Positions 9,483-18,270 of a stretch of DNA of 64,000 nucleotides are shown here, in pieces. The stretch is from Candidatus Pacearchaeota archaeon. GTDB taxonomy: Archaea > Nanobdellota > Nanobdellia > Pacearchaeales > GW2011-AR1. The position numbers and the translations under genes were made by a program. The first letter of the stretch is position 1. Each line of letters opens with the position of its first letter. The stretch covers positions 1,638-65,637 of the forward strand of contig JAPLXZ010000011.1 of NCBI GenBank assembly GCA_026395815.1, given 5' to 3'. The notes below the pieces were generated by a model. The model did no database searches. It was not told the DNA's origin and saw nothing but the letters and a program-made list of their open reading frames with translations.

Positions 9483-10693
9483 CTTATATCCCGTTTAATT
9501 ATTTTGTATAATGCCATTAGATATGGAACTAAATATAAGGGTCTGTATATAAATACGTATACTAAAATTGTGGACATATTCCTTTTTTTAAATTCTGAGC
9601 TGGACATTATAAATTTATAATAAATCAAACTTAAAACAAGGAAAATTGTTCCGAGAATAAAAAGCAAAGAAACAAAAAATTGAAAATTCCAGAATTTAAA
9701 TGGATTATAACCCAAGAAAAAATAAGATAAGAATTTAGAGTAAAACATCGATTTTAAAAGTATGAACCTTAAAAGTAATAAAAAGCCTATAAAAGTAAAA
9801 AAGAATGAGAGGGTAACATAATTTAAAACAAAATATCCGAAGAGATTTTCGGTTCTAAGAAAAAACTTTTTATATTTATTTATAGTCTGCAGTCCGCCAA
9901 GATTCCATCGTATTCTTTGCTGTATCCATTTTTTGAGTGTGTTTGGGACAATGGTATAGACTTCTGTAGCATAGGACATTTTTGTTTTATAACCAAGACT
10001 CAAAAGATGCCATGTAATTTCTATATCTTCTGTTAAATTTTTTGGATCAAATCCGCCTGCTTCAGCTACATATTTTTTTTTATATAGACTTAATGGCCCA
10101 TTTGTAACATAAACACAATTGATAAAATCTAAAATCTTCCTTCCCCAAGCAATAACAATATAGTCTACAGCCTGAAATTTTTCAATAAAATTTTTCTTGT
10201 TCTTTACCAGAACTCTTGATGTTACTGCTCCTACTTTTTCATCTTCAAAATATCCAATCATTTTCATAAGACTATCTGGAGTCGGATAGCTATCTGCATC
10301 AACAACTGCAATTATCTCTCCTTTTGCAGCTTTTATGGCTAAGTTTAGAGAATCTGCTTTGCCAGAATTTTCTTTATCTATCAATTTTAAATTCTTATAT
10401 TTTCTCATTAGTTTTTTCACAATTTCGGCAGTTTTATCTTTACTGCCATCATTCACTATTATATGCTCAATCTTATTTTTTGGATAGTTAAGATTCATTA
10501 CTGCTTCAATTGTTTCTTTAATGCCATCTTCTTCATTATACGCAGAAGTTATTATTGATACATAAGGAAATTTTTTTGGTTTTGGGTATTCATAAAACTC
10601 TTTTTTGTTTTTTAAGTATAATAAAATAAAAAGAAGCAGAAAATAAATGCCAAAAAAGAACATAATTGTATAGATTGTTATGATAAAATCCAT
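9467..10693 (-). CDS. Family-2 glycosyltransferase, processive type
   Basis: VSIITSAYNEE, NDGSKD, DADS and QQRIRW motifs, plus flanking and C-terminal TM helices, as in chitin/cellulose/PNAG-type synthases. Confidence 0.85.
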   Translation of the reverse strand: MDFIITIYTIMFFFGIYFLLLFILLYLKNKKEFYEYPKPKKFPYVSIITSAYNEEDGIKETIEAVMNLNYPKNKIEHIIVNDGSKDKTAEIVKKLMRKYKNLKLIDKENSGKADSLNLAIKAAKGEIIAVVDADSYPTPDSLMKMIGYFEDEKVGAVTSRVLVKNKKNFIEKFQAVDYIVIAWGRKILDFINCVYVTNGPLSLYKKKYVAEAGGFDPKNLTEDIEITWHLLSLGYKTKMSYATEVYTIVPNTLKKWIQQRIRWNLGGLQTINKYKKFFLRTENLFGYFVLNYVTLSFFFTFIGFLLLLRFILLKSMFYSKFLSYFFLGYNPFKFWNFQFFVSLLFILGTIFLVLSLIYYKFIMSSSEFKKRNMSTILVYVFIYRPLYLVPYLMALYKIIKRDIRWYTK

Positions 10694-10694
10694 T

Positions 10695-11240
10695 CTACTT
10701 TTCAGGATTATTTCCTTTTAAAGATTCTTGTGTTCCATTATTCTGAACATTAAAATAATCATAAAAATCATCAGAAAGGGAAAGTTCATTTGTATGTCCT
10801 GTCTTTTTCTTTTTTAATAATCCTAATTCAACAAACTTGTTTATATGGTCATAAGCCTTATTTCCTCTAATTTTTATTATAACCGATTGTTTTATCGGCT
10901 GTTTAAACGCGATAATTGCAAGAGTTTCCTGTTCTGCTTTTGAAAATTCAGACCTTCCTCCAGCAAGTTTATTTATCATTCCTTGATATTGAGGTTTAAC
11001 ATCCATTTTCCACATATTATTCTTTTCAATGATTTCAATTGCAGAATCATTCTTTTCATACTTTTCCATAAGTTTTTCTATTAATTCGTGGAGGATTATA
11101 GGATTCAAATCGGTAAGGGAAATAAGTTCTTGCATATTGAGAAATCTTCCACACACAAATAATATCGCTTCAACTTTCTTTATGTCCTCTTTTTCTCTTG
11201 CTTCATCAATTTCCTCAATTGTCTTGCTTGTTGGTTCCAT
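10695..11240 (-). CDS. scpB: Segregation and condensation protein B
   Basis: VEAILFVCGRFLNMQEL and SKAEQETLAIIAFKQPIKQSVIIKIRGNKAYDHI match the tandem winged-helix ScpB signature. The ATG at 11240 is preferred over the TTG at 11261. Confidence 0.75.
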   Translation of the reverse strand: MEPTSKTIEEIDEAREKEDIKKVEAILFVCGRFLNMQELISLTDLNPIILHELIEKLMEKYEKNDSAIEIIEKNNMWKMDVKPQYQGMINKLAGGRSEFSKAEQETLAIIAFKQPIKQSVIIKIRGNKAYDHINKFVELGLLKKKKTGHTNELSLSDDFYDYFNVQNNGTQESLKGNNPEK

Positions 11241-11274
11241 AAAAATAGAAGAAGAATGCAATTTAAAAGGATTA

Positions 11275-12363
11275 TCAAATCTTAAATCTGAGAATTGCGC
11301 CTATTCCAGAGAGGTTATTGAATTGCTCTCCTTCTGTTGTGTCTGTTGAAACAATTTCTACTGTTGAACCTATGTTTTCTGCAAGTTGCCGAAGTTCTTT
11401 TGACAATTTCTTTTCAACTTGTTTGGATAATATCAAAACTTCAACAGCCCCATATTCCAATGCTTTTCTAACATCTTTCTCCCTATAAACTGCCATGTCC
11501 GGTTTTTCTCCAAGAAATTCAAAGAATCTTTCCAAAAGTTTTTTTTCATAAACTATTTCTTGGTCTGAAAGGATATCCCTTGACTTTTCAACAAGTTCTT
11601 TCAATCCAGACTCATCGCTCCCCCCAATATCAATTCTTCCGATTACTTTTTCCTGAAGTTTATTCGTCATATATTCTCCATCAAGAAATTCATCTTTTGT
11701 TGGTATAGGCCCTCCTACTAAAATTCCTTTTAATTTTGGCATTTCAAAAAATATTTTTTTCATTTCTTCTGCTATTCTTTTATAAAACTTTTTTGTTAAT
11801 CCTTCTGTAATCCTACTAAAACGAGCAGCACTTTGCCCACCTGCTCTGACCTTGCTTGGAACACCAGAAGTCATTTTTTGCAAAACTTCAATTCTTTTTC
11901 CTTCAAGCATGCCTATTGCCGCTTCTTTTCTATCCATAACAAGCAAACCGAATACTTCTGAAACTTCAAGCATAACTTTTAATGGCTCTAAAACAAATTC
12001 TTTATCACATCTGTATAATCTTGTTTTTAGTGGAGATGGTGGTTCAATATCCCAAAGTTGCAAATCAATTTGCCCTTCCACTTTTGAAATATTTCCACAA
12101 AATAAAGCCAAACCATTTTCAGGCGTTCTTTTTAGTGCTTTCAAATGTCTAACAATTTTATCAAGTGCATCAGTAACATCATTTCTAGTTGTAGTTGATT
12201 TGATATTCTTTGCAGTCGATTTTTCTGCTTCTAATTGTTTTTGTACTGAATTAACATCATAATCTGTAGAAATATAAACCGTTATTAATTCTGTATGTCT
12301 TCCTTTATGGATTTCTAATTCTTGTAAGACTTGTTCAAGTTCTTCTTTAGTTAATTTAGCCAT
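11275..12363 (-). CDS. prf1: Peptide chain release factor aRF1
   Basis: NIKS motif (AKNIKSTTTR) and GGQ motif (RAGGQSAARFSR). Confidence 0.95.
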   Translation of the reverse strand: MAKLTKEELEQVLQELEIHKGRHTELITVYISTDYDVNSVQKQLEAEKSTAKNIKSTTTRNDVTDALDKIVRHLKALKRTPENGLALFCGNISKVEGQIDLQLWDIEPPSPLKTRLYRCDKEFVLEPLKVMLEVSEVFGLLVMDRKEAAIGMLEGKRIEVLQKMTSGVPSKVRAGGQSAARFSRITEGLTKKFYKRIAEEMKKIFFEMPKLKGILVGGPIPTKDEFLDGEYMTNKLQEKVIGRIDIGGSDESGLKELVEKSRDILSDQEIVYEKKLLERFFEFLGEKPDMAVYREKDVRKALEYGAVEVLILSKQVEKKLSKELRQLAENIGSTVEIVSTDTTEGEQFNNLSGIGAILRFKI

Positions 12364-12409
12364 AAAGAAAAAAGAGGAATCTAATTTATAAAATTACGTA
12401 TCAGCAAAG

Positions 12410-12697
12410 TTAGGGTTTAAAAATTGCTTTTGTGTTAAAGTAAGAAAAATGCATCTCTTTGCCATTAACATTCATTGAATAACCTGCCAAGTTTGTCCAA
12501 TTTAGTTCTCCAACAAAATAACCGCCATTCGAAGTTTGAACAACCATGCAAGAATCATGAAATAATCTGCTTATTGTCTTTCTTTTTTCTACATTACTTT
12601 CAGGCAAAAAAACTTTATGTGAACCTTTAATAAATCCTAAGAGTTCATCTTCATTAATTGAAATTCCATTCCCGTTACATTGTCTATTTTGTTCCAT
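12410..12697 (-). CDS. Hypothetical protein (possible Sm-like fold)
   Basis: ORF only. MVVQTSNGGYFVGELNW weakly resembles an Sm1 strand pattern. Confidence 0.35.
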   Translation of the reverse strand: MEQNRQCNGNGISINEDELLGFIKGSHKVFLPESNVEKRKTISRLFHDSCMVVQTSNGGYFVGELNWTNLAGYSMNVNGKEMHFSYFNTKAIFKP

Positions 12698-12754
12698 GAG
12701 AAATTAAGATAAGAATGATGATTTAAAAAGATTTAGTTAATTTAAAAGGTAATT

Positions 12755-15118
12755 TTATAAAAATTCAACCTTAAATTTTCCTTCTTTGATTAAATCAGCT
12801 CCAGAAACAGCCTTCAAATCATTCAAAATTTCTTTTAACATTTCCTTTTCCTTTTTATCAATGGTTAATTCAATTTTAGAGTTCATTGATTTTTTCGCAA
12901 TAGACTTTTCCTGTCTTACCTTACTTATTATATCCCGCAATAAATTGTATATTTCTTTATCATCTTTCTTTTTTTCTATTTGAATTTCTTTTGGCCATTC
13001 ACTAATGTGAATGCTTTTTGCTTTTTCTTTATCCTTAAAGTATTTTTGATAAATTTCTTCTGTTACAAATGGTGTGAAAGGTGCCATTAATTTCAAAATA
13101 GTCAGCAAAGAATTGTAGAGGACATAAAAGGCAGAATCTTTCTCTTCTTTTGTTCCGTTATAAACTCTGTTTTTGACTATTTCAAGATAATTATCACAAA
13201 AATTATTCCAAAAAAAGCCGTCTGTTTCTGACTTTACTTTAGAATATTCATAACTCTCAAAAGACTCTGTGCACTTTATTATCAATTCATTCAGCATAAC
13301 TAAAAATATTCTGTCTGTATCAACTAAATGTATTTTTCTTGGTCTATAATCTTTTAAATTCATAAAAATGAAATTTGTTGCATTCATTAGTTTTGTAATA
13401 AATCTTTTTCCTGTAATAACATCTTTTTCCTGATAATCAAAATCTTCCCCTAATTTTGAAGAAGCTGCCCAATATCTTAAAGCATCTGCACCGTAATTTT
13501 TTAGAACATCCTGTGGCTGAATTATATTCCCCTTGCTCTTTGACATTTTCTCTCCTTTTAATGTAACAATTCCGGAAATAACTACATCTTTCCATGGATT
13601 TTTGTTAAAATGTAAATTGCTTTTTACAACTGTATTAAAAAGCCAGAAACTTATAATTTCATGTGCCTGAGGACGAAGGCTCATAGGAAAAGTATTTTCC
13701 TGATTTTTTCTGTCTAAAAGTCTTGTTGAGATTATAGGTGACATTGATGATGTAAACCATGTATCTAAAACATCTTTCTCTGCTATGAAATCCTTGCTTC
13801 CGCATTTACATTTTTTGTTTGGTTTGTCAACTAAAGGGTCTACTGGCAAATCTTTTTCATCTGCAACAACAATTTCTCCACATTTTTTGCAATACCAAAC
13901 AGGAAAAGGAATACCAAAATACCTTTGCCTTGAAATAAGCCAATCCCATTGCAGTCCATTAATCCAGTTATCATATCTGACTTCCATAAATTTAGGATAC
14001 CAATTTAGTTTTTCTCCCCATTTTATCATTTCTTTTTTCAAGTCAAGATATTTAACAAACCATTGTTTGCTTTTTACAAATTCTATCTCTGTCCCACAAC
14101 GCTCATGAACATTAACAATATGAACGATTTTTTTATGGTTCTTTAATAAATCGTGTTTTTCTAAATCTTCAATAATCGTTTTTCTTGCTTCTTTTATTTT
14201 CATGCCTTTGTATTTTCCTGTAATCTCTGTCATTCTTCCTTCTTCTGTTATTGCAAGTTTAATAGGAAAATTGTAAGCTTTTTGCCATTCCATATCTGTT
14301 TGGTCTCCAAAAGTACAACACATGACAATACCTGTTCCTTTCTTCATATCCACTCGTTTATCTTCTAGAATAGGAACTTCAAAAGCAAACAAAGGAACTT
14401 TTGCCATTTTTCCTTTCAGTTTTTTGTATCTTGAATCTGAAGGATAATAAAAAACAGCAACACATGCGGGCAATAATTCTGGACGCGTAGTAGCAATAAT
14501 TAAATCCTTATTTTCTACTTTAAAGACAATATCATTAAATGTTGTTTCTATCTCCTTATCTTGCGCTTCTACTTGGGAAATTCCTGTCTGACATTCAGGG
14601 CACCACATTGCCGGAGCATCTTTTCTGTAAACTCTTCCTTTATTATACAAATCGAGAAAACTCCACTGGCTTATCTTTCTTGAATGTTCATTTATAGTTG
14701 AATATTCCATATTCCAATCACAGCTTATCCCAATATTCTTCCAATCCTGAATAAACAAGGGAAGTTCCTTTTTCAGATAATTCAGACAAAGTTTTATGAA
14801 AGCTTCTCTTGACATGTCTCTTGAACGAACATGTTCTTCTTTTTCAATAAGTCTTTCTGTTGCAACTCCATTATTATCTACTCCAAATGGATAAAATATA
14901 TTATTTCCTCGCATTCTCATGAATCTTGCAATAAAATCTTGTTGGCTATAAGAACAGGCATGCCCTATATGCATTCTTCCGGAGACAGTTGGAGGGGGGG
15001 TATCAATGGAATAAATCTTTTTTTTGCTTGATGGATCAAATCTATAAATGCCCTCTTTTTCCCAAAATTTCTTCCATCTTTCTTCAATATCCTTTAAGTT
15101 AACAATTTCTCCAGCCAT
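12755..15118 (-). CDS. valS: Valyl-tRNA synthetase
   Basis: IDTPPPTVSGRMHIGHA (HIGH) and KMSKSKGN (KMSKS), with class Ia editing-domain architecture of the archaeal ValRS type. Confidence 0.93.
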   Translation of the reverse strand: MAGEIVNLKDIEERWKKFWEKEGIYRFDPSSKKKIYSIDTPPPTVSGRMHIGHACSYSQQDFIARFMRMRGNNIFYPFGVDNNGVATERLIEKEEHVRSRDMSREAFIKLCLNYLKKELPLFIQDWKNIGISCDWNMEYSTINEHSRKISQWSFLDLYNKGRVYRKDAPAMWCPECQTGISQVEAQDKEIETTFNDIVFKVENKDLIIATTRPELLPACVAVFYYPSDSRYKKLKGKMAKVPLFAFEVPILEDKRVDMKKGTGIVMCCTFGDQTDMEWQKAYNFPIKLAITEEGRMTEITGKYKGMKIKEARKTIIEDLEKHDLLKNHKKIVHIVNVHERCGTEIEFVKSKQWFVKYLDLKKEMIKWGEKLNWYPKFMEVRYDNWINGLQWDWLISRQRYFGIPFPVWYCKKCGEIVVADEKDLPVDPLVDKPNKKCKCGSKDFIAEKDVLDTWFTSSMSPIISTRLLDRKNQENTFPMSLRPQAHEIISFWLFNTVVKSNLHFNKNPWKDVVISGIVTLKGEKMSKSKGNIIQPQDVLKNYGADALRYWAASSKLGEDFDYQEKDVITGKRFITKLMNATNFIFMNLKDYRPRKIHLVDTDRIFLVMLNELIIKCTESFESYEYSKVKSETDGFFWNNFCDNYLEIVKNRVYNGTKEEKDSAFYVLYNSLLTILKLMAPFTPFVTEEIYQKYFKDKEKAKSIHISEWPKEIQIEKKKDDKEIYNLLRDIISKVRQEKSIAKKSMNSKIELTIDKKEKEMLKEILNDLKAVSGADLIKEGKFKVEFL

Positions 15119-15194
15119 TAATTAAACATAACCATGAAAACTTTTAAACTTTCGTATTACAAAAGTTTTTATATTCCCCTTTCATAAAAAAAGT

Positions 15195-15290
15195 ATGACA
15201 GAACAGGAGTTCGTTGCAGACAGGAAATCAGCCACTCGTTCGTCAAAGACAAACGACAGCACAAATAAAAATTCAGGAGAATTTTCATAA
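15195..15290 (+). repeat. Copy 1 of a ~96-nt repeated leader element (31-codon ORF-compatible)
   Basis: 86/96 identical, without indels, to the reverse complement of 34983..35078 (hand alignment). Core GCAGACAGGAAATCAGCCACT is shared with 39789..39887. The element ends CAGGAGAATTTTCATAATG, where ATG is the Sec61-beta start. Confidence 0.6.
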
Positions 15291-15448
15291 TGGCTGATGA
15301 TGGAATAAATATGCCCACGGGCTTTGGTGGTTTGATGAGGTTTAAAGATGAGTATGACAGTTTTCTAAATTTAAAACCAGTCCATGTAATCGTATTTATA
15401 ATTTTAATTGTAGTATTCAGAGTTCTATTACAGATTTTTATGAAGTAA
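15290..15448 (+). CDS. secG: Preprotein translocase subunit Sec61-beta (SecG)
   Basis: 52-aa ORF absent from the track: MADDGINMPTGFGGLMRFKDEYDSFLNLKPVHVIVFIILIVVFRVLLQIFMK. It has the GL.RF motif plus a single C-terminal TM anchor. AGGAG lies 8-12 nt upstream. Confidence 0.75.
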   Translation: MADDGINMPTGFGGLMRFKDEYDSFLNLKPVHVIVFIILIVVFRVLLQIFMK

Positions 15449-15449
15449 A

Positions 15450-15770
15450 ATGTTTCCAAATCTTGACCCAAAAAAAATGCAGGCTGTTATGAAACAGATG
15501 GGAATAGCTCAAGAAGAAATTTCTGCATCTCGTGTTATAATAGAAAAAAAAGATGGAAACAAAGTAATAATAAAAAATCCAGCAATTACCAAAATAAAAA
15601 TGCAGGGTGAAGAATCATTTCAAATTGCAGGGGAAGTTAGTGAAGAAAATGGTACATCTGAAGAAGATATTAAAACAATAATGGGAAAAACTTCTTGTAG
15701 TTATAAACAGGCAAAAGAAGCATTAGAACAAACAGGTGATTTAGCAGAAGCAATTTTGAAGCTGAGTTAA
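15450..15770 (+). CDS. nac: Nascent polypeptide-associated complex protein (NAC)
   Basis: MFPNLDPKKMQAVMKQMGI start, NAC beta-barrel, and C-terminal UBA-like domain (SYKQAKEALEQTGDLAEAILKL). Confidence 0.9.
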   Translation: MFPNLDPKKMQAVMKQMGIAQEEISASRVIIEKKDGNKVIIKNPAITKIKMQGEESFQIAGEVSEENGTSEEDIKTIMGKTSCSYKQAKEALEQTGDLAEAILKLS

Positions 15771-15818
15771 TCAGTTTATCACCACAAATCATATTAATTT
15801 CAACCTCTTTCTTCTTTC

Positions 15819-16283
15819 ATGGAAAAATTCTTGGAGAATCTTCAAGAAGCTGAAAAAACAATAAGAATAGTAGATCACATTGTGTATGTTACCTTTCCTC
15901 TTGTGAAAGACAAAAAAATTTTGATTAAAATGCTTTTAGAAACAAAAAAAGCAATTGCTAATTGTATTAATTCAGCACTCCAATATGAATATCTTTACAA
16001 AAGAATAAGTCTTTCAAAAGATCCTAAAATTAATTTTGATACATTCATAAAAAAATGTTCTTTGCGATTTGGAATAACAAGAGAAGAAACAATCTTAATT
16101 GTCCATCTTTTTGATTTAGTAAAAAAACATGAAGAAAGCACGATGGAATTCATAAAGAATGGAAAAATAATTATTTTATCTGATGATTTAAATCCAGAAA
16201 TAATAACCTTGGAAAAAACAAAAGAATTTTTGAATTTAGCGAAACAGATTCTTAGGAAGACAATGAAGAAAATAAGAACTTAA
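15819..16283 (+). CDS. Hypothetical helical protein, paralogue of 16345..16785
   Basis: Shares VDHIVYVTFPLVK / ADHLLYVSLKYTK and EFIKNGK...LEKTKEF / EFRKNV...LEKLKEY blocks with the next ORF. Confidence 0.5.
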   Translation: MEKFLENLQEAEKTIRIVDHIVYVTFPLVKDKKILIKMLLETKKAIANCINSALQYEYLYKRISLSKDPKINFDTFIKKCSLRFGITREETILIVHLFDLVKKHEESTMEFIKNGKIIILSDDLNPEIITLEKTKEFLNLAKQILRKTMKKIRT

Positions 16284-16344
16284 GTGCAGATAAATATAAA
16301 AAGACTTTAATCTTAAAGATATATAGTTCTAAATCGGGGATTTG

Positions 16345-16785
16345 ATGGAGGAAATAATTCAAGAGAAGATAAGTGCAGATCATTTGCTTTATGTTAGTTT
16401 GAAATACACAAAAACCTGCGACGTCATTATGAATCTTATCTTAAGATGGAGAAGGCTGATTGAAATAAGCATAGAAAAACTATTAGAACATGCAAAGAAA
16501 AGAAAAAAGATTTCTTCTATTCCATCAAATCCTGTTGGGGTGATAGAAGAAATAAAAAAACTTTTCAAAAAAGACAAAGAATTCTTGGAAGTTATCAAAT
16601 TGTATGAAATGTTTAGAAAAATTAAAGAACTAAAAGTGGAAAGGATTGGAGAATTCAGGAAAAATGTAACTTTAAAGATATTCTATCAGGGAGAAGAGAT
16701 AGATGTAAATTTGGAAAAACTAAAAGAATATGCAGAAATGTTAGAAAAGTTTATAAGTAAAGTAAAGCAATTTCTTTTGTCGTAG
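16345..16785 (+). CDS. Hypothetical helical protein, paralogue of 15819..16283
   Basis: Same motif blocks as the previous ORF. The ATG at 16345 immediately follows the TTG at 16342. Confidence 0.5.
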   Translation: MEEIIQEKISADHLLYVSLKYTKTCDVIMNLILRWRRLIEISIEKLLEHAKKRKKISSIPSNPVGVIEEIKKLFKKDKEFLEVIKLYEMFRKIKELKVERIGEFRKNVTLKIFYQGEEIDVNLEKLKEYAEMLEKFISKVKQFLLS

Positions 16786-16806
16786 AAATAACTTCTACAC
16801 TTTAAA

Positions 16807-17589
16807 ATGAGAAAAATAATCGTTATAACTTCTGGTAAAGGGGGGGTTGGAAAGACAACAACAGCAATAAATCTCGGTGCTGCTATAAATTATTTTGGAA
16901 AAGATGTATTAATCATTGATGGTAATTTAACCACTCCAAATATAGGAATTCACTTAAATTCCCCAGAAGTTCCGATAAGTTTGAATCATGTTTTATCAGG
17001 AAAAGCTGATGCATTTGAAGCAGTTTATGAACATGAATCAGGAATGAAAATAATTCCCTCTTCATTATCTATAAAGGAATTAAGAAAAACAAAAACAGAA
17101 AAGATAAAAGATTTTAAGGATGACTTCAAGAAAATTTCTGAATATATCTTGATGGATAGTGCAGCAGGTTTAGGTCATGAAGCTATATCTATGATAGAAA
17201 TAGCAGATGAACTCATTGTAGTAACAAATCCAGAATTGCCTGCTGTCACAGATGCATTAAAAACAATTAAAATAGCAGAACAATATAAAAAGAAAGTTTT
17301 AGGGGTTATTGTAACTAGAGTTAAAAGAAATAAAATTGAAATGAACCCAGATGCAGTAAGAGAGATGTTGGAATCGCCGATTCTTGGTATGGTGCCAGAA
17401 GATTTTTGCATTCAAGAAGCTTTAAGCATGAAAGATGCAGTAATACATACACATCCAAAGAGTAAATCTGCTCGAGCTTACAAGGAAATCGCATCAAAGC
17501 TTTTGAATGTTGAATATGATTCAGACAAAGATAAAGAGAAAATATTTGAAAGACTTTTTAAAAGATTCAAGAAAAAAAAGAAAAAATAA
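16807..17589 (+). CDS. minD: MinD/ParA-family ATPase
   Basis: Deviant Walker A (ITSGKGGVGKTTTAINLG) and a DSAAG switch region. C-terminal amphipathic/poly-K tail IFERLFKRFKKKKKK. Confidence 0.9.
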   Translation: MRKIIVITSGKGGVGKTTTAINLGAAINYFGKDVLIIDGNLTTPNIGIHLNSPEVPISLNHVLSGKADAFEAVYEHESGMKIIPSSLSIKELRKTKTEKIKDFKDDFKKISEYILMDSAAGLGHEAISMIEIADELIVVTNPELPAVTDALKTIKIAEQYKKKVLGVIVTRVKRNKIEMNPDAVREMLESPILGMVPEDFCIQEALSMKDAVIHTHPKSKSARAYKEIASKLLNVEYDSDKDKEKIFERLFKRFKKKKKK

Positions 17590-17643
17590 TTCTTAGAAAC
17601 CGATTAATAATATAACTAAAGTCTTTTGTAGTCTGTATTAAAT

Positions 17644-17928
17644 TTATTTATATTTATATAAAGAATATTCACAAGAAATATATTCTGCTAAAGGAGTAAA
17701 TTCATGAGTTTGACGTGTAATAACTGCTACATCTGCTTTTTCTCTCTTAGCACTTCTTTCTATATACTTTCTTAACCTTTTTTCGTTCATAGGAAAAACT
17801 GAATTAATTGATTTAGAAGGAGTACGAAAATTATCTATCTTTTGTAATCTGTTCAATTTTATGCCCAATTTAATAATATCCTCCTCAGACATTATTACAA
17901 ACATTCCTAAATCTTGCCTTCCTATCAT
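17644..17928 (-). CDS. Hypothetical protein
   Basis: ORF only. Its start ATG overlaps the TGA of the upstream tRNA-binding-domain gene (ATGA). Confidence 0.4.
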   Translation of the reverse strand: MIGRQDLGMFVIMSEEDIIKLGIKLNRLQKIDNFRTPSKSINSVFPMNEKRLRKYIERSAKREKADVAVITRQTHEFTPLAEYISCEYSLYKYK

Positions 17929-18269
17929 CTTACCTTACTTCCTATTTCAATATCTTCTTCAGGAGAAAGAAGGATTATCTTGCTTTCGTCATTGTTTACT
18001 GCTGCTAATACCATTCCTTGACTTTCAATTCCTTTTAATTTTCTTGGAGATAAATTTGTAAAGATTATTACCTTTTTTCCTTTAAGTTCTTCTTTTGAAT
18101 AATTTTTTTTAATTCCAGCACATACAATTCTCTTTCCTATTTCCTCTCCCAAGTCTACAGTTAATTTGTAAAGCTTGTCTGCCCCTTCAATGTTTTCAAC
18201 CCCGAGGATTTCTCCAACTCTGAAGTCTAATTTTTCCCAGTCAGAAAAGTTAATTATTCCTTCTGCCAT
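17925..18269 (-). CDS. Trbp111/EMAP-like tRNA-binding domain protein (detached MetRS C-terminal domain)
   Basis: MAEGIINFSDWEKLDFRVGEILGVENIEGADKLYKLTVDLGEE...IESQGMVLAA is the OB-fold tRNA-binding domain normally fused to MetRS. Its ATG at 18269 lies 1 nt after the MetRS stop codon. Confidence 0.8.
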   Translation of the reverse strand: MAEGIINFSDWEKLDFRVGEILGVENIEGADKLYKLTVDLGEEIGKRIVCAGIKKNYSKEELKGKKVIIFTNLSPRKLKGIESQGMVLAAVNNDESKIILLSPEEDIEIGSKVR

Positions 18270-18270
18270 T

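Noticed and set aside
15210-15240. Resemblance of the repeat core (GGAAGUCAGCCA) to the SRP RNA domain IV strand (GGAAGCAGCCA)
   Set aside because: The element is present in three copies and lacks the opposing strand and GNAR loop of helix 8. It is also far too short to be an SRP RNA.
15169-15471. 100-aa ORF on the minus strand
   Set aside because: It runs antisense to the Sec61-beta gene and to repeat copy 1. It has no motif, and its composition looks like a shadow frame.
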